Made by a program: the position numbers and the translations under genes. This document shows positions 16,920-24,000 of a DNA stretch of 24,000 bases, one piece after another (position 1 is the stretch's first letter; each line of letters opens with the position of its first letter). Origin of the DNA: Halostagnicola sp. A-GB9-2. GTDB taxonomy: Archaea > Halobacteriota > Halobacteria > Halobacteriales > Natrialbaceae. Where the stretch lies: positions 851,045 through 875,044 of the forward strand of contig NZ_JASJOC010000001.1 in NCBI RefSeq assembly GCF_030068615.1, read 5' to 3'. The notes under the pieces are model-generated. The model did no database searches, had not been told where the DNA came from, and worked only from the letters and a program-made list of their open reading frames with translations.

Positions 16920-16938
16920 GAAAAAACCGCCGGCGGTT
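16920..16938 (-). terminator. Hairpin plus oligo-T terminator after the SAMP gene
   Basis: Minus strand reads AACCGCCGGCGGTT (perfect 14-nt palindrome) running into T6. It starts 8 nt after the SAMP stop codon (16946-16948). Confidence 0.55.
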
Positions 16939-16945
16939 CAACGGA

Positions 16946-17224
16946 TTACCCGCCCGCAACTGGCGGAAAGACGGAGAGTCGATCCCCGTCTTCGAGGGGC
17001 GTCTCCGGCCCCTCCATGTGAACGACATCGCGGCCGTTTTTCAGCACGCTTAGCTGCGGTCGGATCGAACCGTTCTCGAGTAACTGCTCTTCGAGTCCGT
17101 CGTACTCGTCCTCGAGAGCGCCGAGAACGTCGCCGACGGAGGCACCGTCTTCGACTGTCCGGCGTCGCTCTTTTTCGCCGACGGCCTCTCGAAAGGTCGC
17201 GAAGAATCGAAGCTCGAGTTCCAT
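16946..17224 (-). CDS. samp3: MoaD/ThiS-family ubiquitin-like small archaeal modifier protein (SAMP), SAMP3-like
   Basis: 92-aa product 'MELELRFFATFREAVG...LSVLKNGRDVVHMEG...DRLSVFPPVAGG*' has a beta-grasp MoaD pattern and a C-terminal di-Gly. Its N- and C-termini and its length match my recollection of Haloferax volcanii SAMP3. ATG at 17224 is preferred over the track start at 17293. Confidence 0.88.
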   Translation of the reverse strand: MELELRFFATFREAVGEKERRRTVEDGASVGDVLGALEDEYDGLEEQLLENGSIRPQLSVLKNGRDVVHMEGPETPLEDGDRLSVFPPVAGG

Positions 17225-17428
17225 GTCGGTCCCTTGTCGGCTGTAACCATAAGTTCGGGCGGTACGACCGCCGCGTGAGCGTGTGGCCGCCACTCGGAGG
17301 GCTTGACCACGGGTGTTCGTCGCACGCGGTCCACGTCGTGACCACGCGGTATCTGACCCCTGATAAATGACGGGGGGAGACCACCGACAACAACTTATTG
17401 ACGAGCGGATTATCTCCTCTCAACAGGT

Positions 17429-17608
17429 ATGTGCGAGCGTTCCACGAACTGCTCGAAAGAGGATGCGTGTCAGCTCATCGTCCGGAACAACGATACCGGA
17501 ATCGAGACCGTCGAGTACTATTGTAAGGCGCATCTCGTCGTCCGTATCTGTGAAGTCGAAGATGACGATGGACTCGCTGTCGTCGACGCGACGAAACTCT
17601 GGAACTGA
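17429..17608 (+). CDS. Candidate 59-aa Cys-containing acidic microprotein (below the ORF-track cutoff)
   Basis: My hand translation is MCERSTNCSKEDACQLIVRNNDTGIETVEYYCKAHLVVRICEVEDDDGLAVVDATKLWN*. Third-codon positions are GC-rich like neighbouring genes. A TATA-like CTTATT (17394-17399) lies about 30 nt upstream. No family recognised. Confidence 0.35.
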   Translation: MCERSTNCSKEDACQLIVRNNDTGIETVEYYCKAHLVVRICEVEDDDGLAVVDATKLWN

Positions 17609-17668
17609 GCCGTCCCGCAGGGAAGTACCGCCATCCCCTCGGCGTGCTCGCCCAAGAGCATCGGTTCG

Positions 17669-18025
17669 TTACTCCTCGCTTACAGTTGCTGGCGACGGAT
17701 ATGAGACGGATTCGAAACCAGCGTTCTCGACGATCGTCTCGATTCTCCTCGCACCAACTTCTTCCGCCGCTCGTTCGGACTCCGCATCGACACTGACGAA
17801 AAGACGAAACGATATCGCGATCGTGTACGGGTCGAACGGTGCCGCGGGATGTTCGTACACCTCGGCATCGAGACCGTTCCAGTCGATCCCTCCGGTTGTC
17901 TCCAATTCGGCCAGCGACTCGAGCGCCCCGGCGATTTCGTCCGTCGCTTCGTCGCGGGCGGTCGTGTCGGTCCCTTCGTGGAGCGTTACGAGCGTCCGGA
18001 CCTCGCGCGAGACGATATGGGTCAT
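17669..18025 (-). CDS. Hypothetical acidic protein (118 aa)
   Basis: ORF with coding-like composition, 'MTHIVSREVRTLVTLHEGTDTTARDEATDEIAGALESLAELE...'. It is divergent from gdh. No recognisable motif. Confidence 0.6.
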   Translation of the reverse strand: MTHIVSREVRTLVTLHEGTDTTARDEATDEIAGALESLAELETTGGIDWNGLDAEVYEHPAAPFDPYTIAISFRLFVSVDAESERAAEEVGARRIETIVENAGFESVSYPSPATVSEE

Positions 18026-18116
18026 AGTAGTGCTATTCAGTCGGGAACATTGAACGCTTGGACTGGGCGATTCGACCGCGCCTTCGATCGTCGTCCGTCG
18101 CCCGGCAACACCTCGA

Positions 18117-18128
18117 GAGTATTTACTC
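18117..18128. promoter_or_regulatory. Palindrome GAGTA-TT-TACTC upstream of the gdh TATA-like box (TTTATT 18142-18147); candidate sugar-regulator operator
   Basis: Read directly from the sequence. The TATA-like box is 26-31 nt upstream of ATG 18173, which is leaderless geometry. Confidence 0.35.
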
Positions 18129-18172
18129 GCGACCAGGTAAATTTATTGTTGAGCGTCGTCTGTGTTCGAGCA

Positions 18173-19240
18173 ATGAAAGCGATCGCAGTCGAACCAGGCG
18201 CCGGCGATCCCACCGTCATCGAGAAGCCGATTCCCGAGCCGGCGGCCGGCGAGGCGCTCGTTAGAACGCTTCGCGTCGGCGTCGACGGCACCGACCACGA
18301 GGTCATCCGCGGCGCGCACGGTGAACTCCCCGACGGGAGCGACCGACTCGTGCTCGGACACGAGGCGGTCGGCGTCGTCGAGGACCCGAACGGAACCAAT
18401 TTCGAAGAAGGCGACGTCGTCGTCCCGACGGTGCGTCGACCGCCCAACGGGACCAACGAGTTCTTCGAACGCGGCGAACCCGATATGGCTCCCGAGGGTG
18501 CCTACCTCGAGCGCGGCATCGTCGGCGAACACGGGTTCATGGCGGAGTACTTCACCAGCCCGGCCGAGACACTCGTCTCGATCCCCCGTGACCTCGAACC
18601 GCTTGGCTTTCTGGTCGAACCGATCAGCATCACCGAGAAGGCTCTCGAGCACGCCCAGGCGGCCCGCTCGACGGTCCACTGGGAGCCCGAATCCGCGATC
18701 GTCCTCGGAAACGGCTCGCTCGGGCTCGTCACCCTCGCGATGTTCGAGAAGGTCCTCGAGATCGATCGAACGTACTGTCTCGGAAAGCGCGATCGGCCGG
18801 ATCCCTCGATCGAGTTGATCGAGGATCTCGGAGCGACGTACGTCGACTCTCGAGAAACGCCCGTTTCCGAGATTCCGGACGTTCACGAACCGATGGATCT
18901 CGTCTACGAGGCGACGGGCTACGCGAGACACCCTTTCGAAACGGTCGAAGCGCTCGCGCCAAACGGCGTCGGCGCGCTGGTTGGCGTCCCCGACGACTGG
19001 TCGTTCGAAATCGACGGTGGGAAACTCCACCGGGAACTCGTCCTCCACAACAAGGCACTCGTCGGGACGGTTAACTCCCACCGTGGACACTTCGAGGCCG
19101 CCGTCGATACCCTCTCGTCAGTTCCGGAGTGGGTCACCGACGACCTCGTAACCGGCGTCTACGACCTCGAGAACTTCGACCGGGCCTTCGAACAGGACGA
19201 GTCGGTGATCAAAACGGCGGTCGAGTTCGATACGCTCTAA
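18173..19240 (+). CDS. gdh: Glucose 1-dehydrogenase (zinc-dependent MDR family, haloarchaeal type)
   Basis: 'MKAIAVEPGAGDPTVIEKPIPEPAAGEALVRTLRVGVDGTDHEVIRGAHG...LVLGHEAVGVV...VVPTVRRPP...EPISITEKALEH...GNGSLGL...HNKALVGTVNSH' is near-collinear with the Haloferax mediterranei GlcDH sequence as I recall it. ATG is at 18173; the track's 463-aa ORF starts far upstream in non-coding sequence. Confidence 0.93.
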   Translation: MKAIAVEPGAGDPTVIEKPIPEPAAGEALVRTLRVGVDGTDHEVIRGAHGELPDGSDRLVLGHEAVGVVEDPNGTNFEEGDVVVPTVRRPPNGTNEFFERGEPDMAPEGAYLERGIVGEHGFMAEYFTSPAETLVSIPRDLEPLGFLVEPISITEKALEHAQAARSTVHWEPESAIVLGNGSLGLVTLAMFEKVLEIDRTYCLGKRDRPDPSIELIEDLGATYVDSRETPVSEIPDVHEPMDLVYEATGYARHPFETVEALAPNGVGALVGVPDDWSFEIDGGKLHRELVLHNKALVGTVNSHRGHFEAAVDTLSSVPEWVTDDLVTGVYDLENFDRAFEQDESVIKTAVEFDTL

Positions 19241-19331
19241 TCAGGCACAAGGACTATTTACCGGCTCGCTGGTACGAAAACACGGACCGAACGAGTCCGA
19301 CTGCGAAATGTATTCACAGGATAGAAAAACA

Positions 19332-19349
19332 TTACTATGATACGAGTAA
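19332..19349. promoter_or_regulatory. TTACT-N7-GAGTAA inverted repeat (TACT-N7-GAGTA) immediately upstream of the dehydratase gene; TrmB-like cis element candidate
   Basis: Sequence is aTTACTatgatacGAGTAAc, ending 11 nt before ATG 19360. Confidence 0.4.
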
Positions 19350-19359
19350 CTCATTAGTC

Positions 19360-20598
19360 ATGGGAGTCGATTACTCACAGCTACACGATCCGAACGCCGA
19401 GTACACGATGCGGGAACTGTCCTCGGAGACAATGAACGTCACGCGCGAGCGCGGGGGCGGCCGGGACGTCGAAATCACGGACATCCAGACCACGATGGTC
19501 GACGGTAACTTCCCGTGGACGCTGGTCCGCATCTACACAGACGCCGGCATCGTCGGCACCGGCGAAGCCTACTGGGGCGCGGGCGCGCCCGAACTCATCG
19601 AGCGAATGAAGCCCTTCCTGCAGGGCGAGAACCCGCTCGATATCGACCGCCTGACCGAGCACCTCGTCCAGAAGATGTCGGGCGAGGGCTCGATCGGTGG
19701 CGTCACCGTCACCGCCATTTCGGGCATCGAAGTCGCGCTGCACGATCTGGCGGGCAAGATCCTCGAGATCCCGGCCTATCAGCTTCTGGGCGGAAAGTAC
19801 CGCGACGAGGTTCGCGTTTACTGTGACTGTCACACCGAAGACGAAGCCGATCCGATCGCCTGCGCCGACGAAGCCGAACGCGTCGTTGAGGAGTTGGGCT
19901 ACGATGCGCTCAAGTTCGACCTCGACGTTCCGTCCGGTCACGAAAAGGACCGCGCGAACCGCCACCTTCGCGGCCCCGAGATCGACCACAAGGTTTCGAT
20001 CGTCGAAGCCATCACCGAACGCGTCGGCAGCCGCGCCGACGTGGCCTTCGACTGTCACTGGACCTTCTCCGCGGACAGCGCGAAGCGACTCGCAACCGCG
20101 CTCGAGGAGTACGATATCTGGTGGCTCGAAGACCCCGTCCCGCCGGAGAACCACGATGTCCAGCGGGAGGTCACCCAGTCGACGACGACGCCGATTACGG
20201 TCGGCGAGAACGTCTACCGCAAACACGGCCAGCGCCAGCTCATCGAGAACCAGTCCGTCGACATCATCGCGCCCGACATGCCGAAAGTCGGCGGCATGCG
20301 CGAGACCAGAAAGATCGCGGATCTTGCGGATATGTACTACATCCCGGTCGCGATGCACAACGTCGCCTCGCCCGTCGCCACGATGGCCTCGGCCCACGTC
20401 GGTGCGGCGATTCCGAACTCGCTCGCCGTCGAGTACCACAGCTACGAACTCGGCTGGTGGGAAGACTTGGTCGAAGAGGACGTCATCGAGGACGGCTCGA
20501 TCGAGATCCCCGAGAAACCAGGTCTCGGCCTAACCCTCGACATGGACGTCGTCGAGGAACGGATGGTCGAGGGCGAAGAGCTCTTTGACGAGGCATAA
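19360..20598 (+). CDS. gnaD: Enolase-superfamily (mandelate racemase/muconate lactonizing enzyme) sugar-acid dehydratase, probably gluconate dehydratase
   Basis: 'ITDIQTTMVDGNFPWTLVRIYTDAGIVGTGEA', metal-ligand blocks 'ALKFDLD', 'WWLEDP' and 'IIAPDMPKVGG', plus 'AMHNVASP'. The assignment is helped by its position directly downstream of glucose dehydrogenase. Internal ATGs at Met17/Met25 are alternative starts. Confidence 0.82.
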   Translation: MGVDYSQLHDPNAEYTMRELSSETMNVTRERGGGRDVEITDIQTTMVDGNFPWTLVRIYTDAGIVGTGEAYWGAGAPELIERMKPFLQGENPLDIDRLTEHLVQKMSGEGSIGGVTVTAISGIEVALHDLAGKILEIPAYQLLGGKYRDEVRVYCDCHTEDEADPIACADEAERVVEELGYDALKFDLDVPSGHEKDRANRHLRGPEIDHKVSIVEAITERVGSRADVAFDCHWTFSADSAKRLATALEEYDIWWLEDPVPPENHDVQREVTQSTTTPITVGENVYRKHGQRQLIENQSVDIIAPDMPKVGGMRETRKIADLADMYYIPVAMHNVASPVATMASAHVGAAIPNSLAVEYHSYELGWWEDLVEEDVIEDGSIEIPEKPGLGLTLDMDVVEERMVEGEELFDEA

Positions 20599-20601
20599 GC
20601 C

Positions 20602-20640
20602 GCGTCACGCTCGCTGAGCGTTATTCAGCGTTTTCGACGC
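20602..20640 (+). terminator. Candidate terminator after the dehydratase gene (nested hairpin plus T4)
   Basis: GCGTC(20602-06)/GACGC(20636-40) enclose ACGCT(20607-11)/AGCGT(20617-21) and TTTT (20631-34). It starts 4 nt after the TAA stop. Confidence 0.35.
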
Positions 20641-20854
20641 GGGCTGAGACTCGAGGCGCGTTTCCAAACGTGGCTACCGCGTTTGGCTTCGAACGCCAAT
20701 TCCATAGCACCCAGAGAGTCTGTCCGCGACATCGGTTTTTTCGGTCGGTTGTACTATCCTGCAGTCCGTCGGACTCGAGAAGCCCCCATTTTAGGAGTGA
20801 TATCACCGCTTCGGCGTCGGCAGCGGGAAAAGGGAAACCGACACAATACCGGGA

Positions 20855-21823
20855 CTACCCTTCCATCCCGCCGAAGGAGAGCCCGCTTTCGACGTAGCTC
20901 TGTGCGAGGAAGTAGATGACAGCGACGGGCAGTGCGAACAGGATGGCAAAGGCCGAGAACTCGGTCCACGGCGTTTCGTAGCTCCCGCCCGCGATGAGCG
21001 AGTAGAGTTCGACCGAGAGCGTGTAGTTGTGGGACTGAAGCAGCGTCTGGGCGATGATGAACTCGTTCCAGCCCGCGAGGAACGTAAAGACCAGCACAAC
21101 GGCGATACCGGGCTTCGATAGCGGGAGGATCACCTCGCGGATAACCTGTAACTGGCTCGCACCGTCGATGACGGCCGCTTCCTCGTAGGAGACGGGGATG
21201 TTGTCCATGAAGGTTTTGAGCAGCCACGTGTTGAACGGGATCGCCCCCGCGGCGTAGAACACGCCGAGCACGAGGAGATTGTTGTCCAGCCCGAAGTTGA
21301 CGAACAGGGCGTAGAGCGCGATCAGCGTCGCGATCGATAGCCCCGCGCCGACCTGCGTGAACAGGACGTAACCGTAGAGGATTCCGCGCCGGCCGAGGAA
21401 CTTCCGGCGCGAAAGCGCGTACGCGCCGGGGATGATCACCGACATCGAGACGGCGACGGTGATCGAGACGACGATGATGCTGTTTCCGAGCGCGTGTGCG
21501 AAGTTCGACTCGAAGAGCACCCACCGGTAGGCGTCGAGGTTGTACGTCGTCGGATCGGCGAAGATGCCGTCGGTGCTCATCAACCCGGCTCCCTGCGAGA
21601 GCGACGCGGCGAACACCCAGTAGACCGGGAACAACAGGATCAGCATCATCGCGAAGGCGCCCGCCGTCCCGAGCCCCGTCTTCGCGACGTCGGTGACGGA
21701 TCGGCGGCCGGTTCGTACCTGTTCGACGGTCGTCCGCGCCGACTCGGCGACGCGTCGCGGCCAGGTTAGTTTGCGAACGGTCCATCGACCGACGGAACTG
21801 GTGTAGCGATTGAGAAGGCTCAT
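20855..21823 (-). CDS. Sugar ABC transporter permease (CUT1 family, MalG-like)
   Basis: Six hydrophobic segments and the EAA-loop region 'SYEEAAVIDGASQLQVIREVILPLSKPG'. ATG (21821-21823) overlaps the upstream permease stop (21823-21825) as TAATG, so the track start at 21871 is rejected. Confidence 0.9.
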   Translation of the reverse strand: MSLLNRYTSSVGRWTVRKLTWPRRVAESARTTVEQVRTGRRSVTDVAKTGLGTAGAFAMMLILLFPVYWVFAASLSQGAGLMSTDGIFADPTTYNLDAYRWVLFESNFAHALGNSIIVVSITVAVSMSVIIPGAYALSRRKFLGRRGILYGYVLFTQVGAGLSIATLIALYALFVNFGLDNNLLVLGVFYAAGAIPFNTWLLKTFMDNIPVSYEEAAVIDGASQLQVIREVILPLSKPGIAVVLVFTFLAGWNEFIIAQTLLQSHNYTLSVELYSLIAGGSYETPWTEFSAFAILFALPVAVIYFLAQSYVESGLSFGGMEG

Positions 21824-22854
21824 TAGGAATCGATTCCCTCCGCGAGTTTTCCTTTCTTGACGGCGAGCCACATGAACATCCCAATGAACGCGATGGCGGT
21901 GACCATGATCGCCGAGGCGAACGCGTACTCGTTCAGGTCGATTGCTTCACGATAGCCGTAGAGGATGAGCAGTTCGTTCTGTCGCGACGGCCCGCCGCGG
22001 TTGAAGATGAACGGGATCAGGAACTGCTGGAACGAGGTCGCGGCGGTCAAGATGGACGCGAACAGCACCGGCCGCTTGATCGACGGCAGCGTGACGTGGA
22101 AGAATCGGTGAACGTAGCCCGCACCGTCGACTTTCGCCGCGTCGTGGAGATCCATCGGCACGTCCTGTAACGCGCTGACGATGATGATGACCATGAACGG
22201 GTACGCCAGCCACACTTCGGTCGTAATGTACGCGAAAAAGGCGCTCCAGCGGCCACTTAGCCAACTTATCGGAATATCGGCGAGCAGGATATCCGGCGCT
22301 GAAAGCGCCACGAAGAACAGGAGACTGTCAAGCGCCCCGACGAGTCCCGAAACGACAGAATTGTACGTTGCGACCAACTGATTCAGCGGGCCGTATCGGG
22401 CACCACTGAACATGCCGTCCCAGACGGTGATCACGAAGATTGCCGGAAATCCCATCGGGACGATCACCAGCGCCCGCATGTATCGTTTCCCGACGACTCG
22501 AGCGTGGGTCAGGACCATCGCGATCCCGATCCCGAGCACGACTTTGATGGCGAGACTGATGGCGAGAAACAGCCACGTGATCCCGAACGAGCGCCAGAAC
22601 TGCGGATCGGTAAACAGCGAGACGTAGTTGTCGAAGCCGACGACCGAGGCCTCGCCGCCGATGACCGTTCCGGCGTGGGTTGCGTCGGTAAACGAGAGGT
22701 AGACGAGAAACGCGATCGGGAACAGCATGAACGAGAGAAACAACACGACGCCGGGAGCGACGAGCAAGAGTCCGGCGAGGCCGACGTTCTGAACGTCGAA
22801 CGGCAGACGTCGCTGTCCGTGGTCGGAAGCGCGACGGATGAGTGACGAAGACAT
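21823..22854 (-). CDS. Sugar ABC transporter permease (CUT1 family, MalF-like)
   Basis: Multiple transmembrane segments and the EAA loop 'DLHDAAKVDGAGYVHRFFHVTLPSIKRP'. It starts 22 nt downstream of the binding-protein gene. Confidence 0.9.
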   Translation of the reverse strand: MSSSLIRRASDHGQRRLPFDVQNVGLAGLLLVAPGVVLFLSFMLFPIAFLVYLSFTDATHAGTVIGGEASVVGFDNYVSLFTDPQFWRSFGITWLFLAISLAIKVVLGIGIAMVLTHARVVGKRYMRALVIVPMGFPAIFVITVWDGMFSGARYGPLNQLVATYNSVVSGLVGALDSLLFFVALSAPDILLADIPISWLSGRWSAFFAYITTEVWLAYPFMVIIIVSALQDVPMDLHDAAKVDGAGYVHRFFHVTLPSIKRPVLFASILTAATSFQQFLIPFIFNRGGPSRQNELLILYGYREAIDLNEYAFASAIMVTAIAFIGMFMWLAVKKGKLAEGIDS

Positions 22855-22876
22855 GAATACTCTCAGTTAGCGCGTG

Positions 22877-24000
22877 TTAGTCCCAGCGGTCGCGAATGTC
22901 TTCTGCGGCCGTTTCCATCGCTTCGTCGGCGCTTTCGTCGCCATGGAACACTCGTTCGAGTCCCTCCTCGAGCGGGTCCCAGATCTGGTCGGACTTCGGG
23001 TGGGTCGGAAGCGGCGTCCCCATCTCGACGGTTTCAGCGAAGGTTTCGACGTCTTCGCCGAGGTTGTCGTCGCCTTCCGCGTAGTCCTGATGAACGGGAA
23101 TGAGTCCCTGCATTTCCGCGTTGTCGACGATCGCCTCCTCGTTGGTCGTGTACCACTCGGCCCACTCGACGGTCGTCTCGAGTTCCTCCTGGTCGGCCGC
23201 TGCCAGTTCGGAGGTAAAGTACCAGACCTGCACGCCGGTGTACGGGGTCGGCTCACCGCCCTCGACATCGGGGAGCGGAGCAACCTCGACATCGACGCCG
23301 GCGTCGCGGAATCCCTCGAGCTCCCACGGCCCGTTGATCGCGAACGGCGCGTTTCCGTCGTTGAAAACCGGCACCTGACTGTCGTAGTCGGGATCGCCGG
23401 GAACGTACGGCCAGATGGAGTCCTCGAGGAGTTCGATTCCCTCGATGAACTCGTCGTCTTCGATGCCGAGCTCTTCGGTCTCTTCGTCGAACAGATAGCC
23501 GCCGAAGGCCTGCAGCCACGCGCTCGGGAAGTACGGATCGACGGCGGGCATCGAGAGGCCGTACTGGTTGTTTTCGGGGTCGTGGTGATCTTCCATGATC
23601 TCGACCATCTCCGAGAGCGTCTCCGGTGGTTCGTCCACATACTCCGGGTTGTACATCAGCGAAACCGTCTCGATGGCGTAGGGAAGTCCGTAGATCGCAC
23701 CCTCCCACTGGACCGCTTCGACCGCGTTTTCGGTATACGTTTCCTCGAGATCGATCTCGAGGTCGTCGCTCGCGTCGTAGACGAACTCCTGTTCGTGATA
23801 CTGACCGATCCAGTCGTGGGCCCAGTTAAACGTCTCCGGGCCCTGCTCGGCCGGAAGTGCCGTTTCGAGTTCCTCTTCCATCTCCGCGGGCGCTTCGGCG
23901 TTGAGTTCGTCCTCTCGGCCATCGTTGAACTCCTCGAGGTAGTCCTCGAACGCGTTTTCTTGCGCTTCGGTGAAATCGTACCAGGCGGTCGTCCCCTGAT
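22877..24000 (-). CDS. Extracellular solute-binding protein (family 1) of the sugar ABC transporter, partial (N-terminus beyond the window end)
   Basis: The frame stays open upstream of the first Met to nt 23998 ('..QGTTAWYDFTEAQENAFEDYLEEFNDGRED..' by hand translation). The protein is very acidic and Trp/Tyr-rich, with 'GAIYGLPYAIETVSLMYN' and 'APFAINGPWE' typical of MalE-like binding proteins. Confidence 0.85.
   Translation of the reverse strand, partial: QGTTAWYDFTEAQENAFEDYLEEFNDGREDELNAEAPAEMEEELETALPAEQGPETFNWAHDWIGQYHEQEFVYDASDDLEIDLEETYTENAVEAVQWEGAIYGLPYAIETVSLMYNPEYVDEPPETLSEMVEIMEDHHDPENNQYGLSMPAVDPYFPSAWLQAFGGYLFDEETEELGIEDDEFIEGIELLEDSIWPYVPGDPDYDSQVPVFNDGNAPFAINGPWELEGFRDAGVDVEVAPLPDVEGGEPTPYTGVQVWYFTSELAAADQEELETTVEWAEWYTTNEEAIVDNAEMQGLIPVHQDYAEGDDNLGEDVETFAETVEMGTPLPTHPKSDQIWDPLEEGLERVFHGDESADEAMETAAEDIRDRWD

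Noticed and set aside
10653-17224. Idea that the pterin-dependent AOR and the MoaD-like SAMP3 gene form a cofactor-supply module.
   Set aside because: They are 4.4 kb apart, on opposite strands, and separated by unrelated transcription units (Lrp, permease). No other molybdopterin or tungstate genes (moaE, moeB/ubaA, wtp/tup) are present, so the proximity alone is not evidence.
17367-18053. 228-aa plus-strand ORF spanning the SAMP-gdh interval.
   Set aside because: It is Ser/Arg-rich and low-complexity, and it is antisense to the better-behaved 118-aa minus-strand ORF. It also overlaps, in a different frame, the more plausible 59-aa ORF.
1-24000. Searched by eye for CRISPR repeats, tRNA/rRNA signatures (T-loop GGTTCGAATC-like motifs), IS inverted repeats, integrase/transposase genes, toxin-antitoxin pairs and defence-type ATPase/nuclease genes.
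   Set aside because: None found. The only repeats are the short elements listed under features and findings. I did not run a covariance-model or BLAST search, so small ncRNAs cannot be excluded.

Overview
GC-rich, gene-dense window whose proteins are strongly acidic, with frequent leaderless-type promoter spacing. This is the signature of a haloarchaeal (Halobacteria, Natrialbales-like) chromosome. I support 24 protein-coding genes and found no rRNA, tRNA, CRISPR array, transposase/integrase or obvious defence genes.

Gene order:
- partial FAD oxidoreductase, then purS-purQ
- alpha/beta hydrolase, wHTH-DUF1724 regulator and a divergent large-subunit catalase
- RaSEA-type radical SAM enzyme
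- 64-aa zinc-ribbon protein, divergent from a LOV-GAF-BAT-HTH_10 regulator
- DUF1328 membrane protein
- aldehyde:ferredoxin oxidoreductase
- Lrp/AsnC-TrkA_C regulator translationally coupled to a 49-aa zinc-ribbon protein that is missing from the ORF track, divergent from an APC permease fused to tandem USP domains
- a leaderless two-gene pair (86 aa ending in Gly-Gly, plus 117 aa) next to a SAMP3-like MoaD/ubiquitin-like protein
- two small hypothetical genes
- glucose dehydrogenase and gluconate dehydratase (semi-phosphorylative Entner-Doudoroff entry)
- a convergent CUT1-type sugar ABC operon (binding protein and two permeases, no ATPase in the window)

Most of the window is ordinary core metabolism. 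I cannot demonstrate a clear-cut new multi-gene system from sequence alone. The best second-look candidates are:
1. a textbook LOV blue-light module inside a Bat-type transcription factor
2. the GG-terminated 86-aa/117-aa pair beside the SAMP gene
3. a repeated TTGCA-N5/6-TGCAA palindrome just upstream of TATA-like elements in the two promoters flanking the wHTH-DUF1724 regulator (hydrolase and catalase)
4. the Lrp-TrkA_C / zinc-ribbon microprotein pair, where the regulator has a start-codon anomaly
5. TrmB-like TACT/GAGTA palindromes in front of gdh and the dehydratase

All family assignments are by eye, from motifs and recalled homologues. No database search was run.
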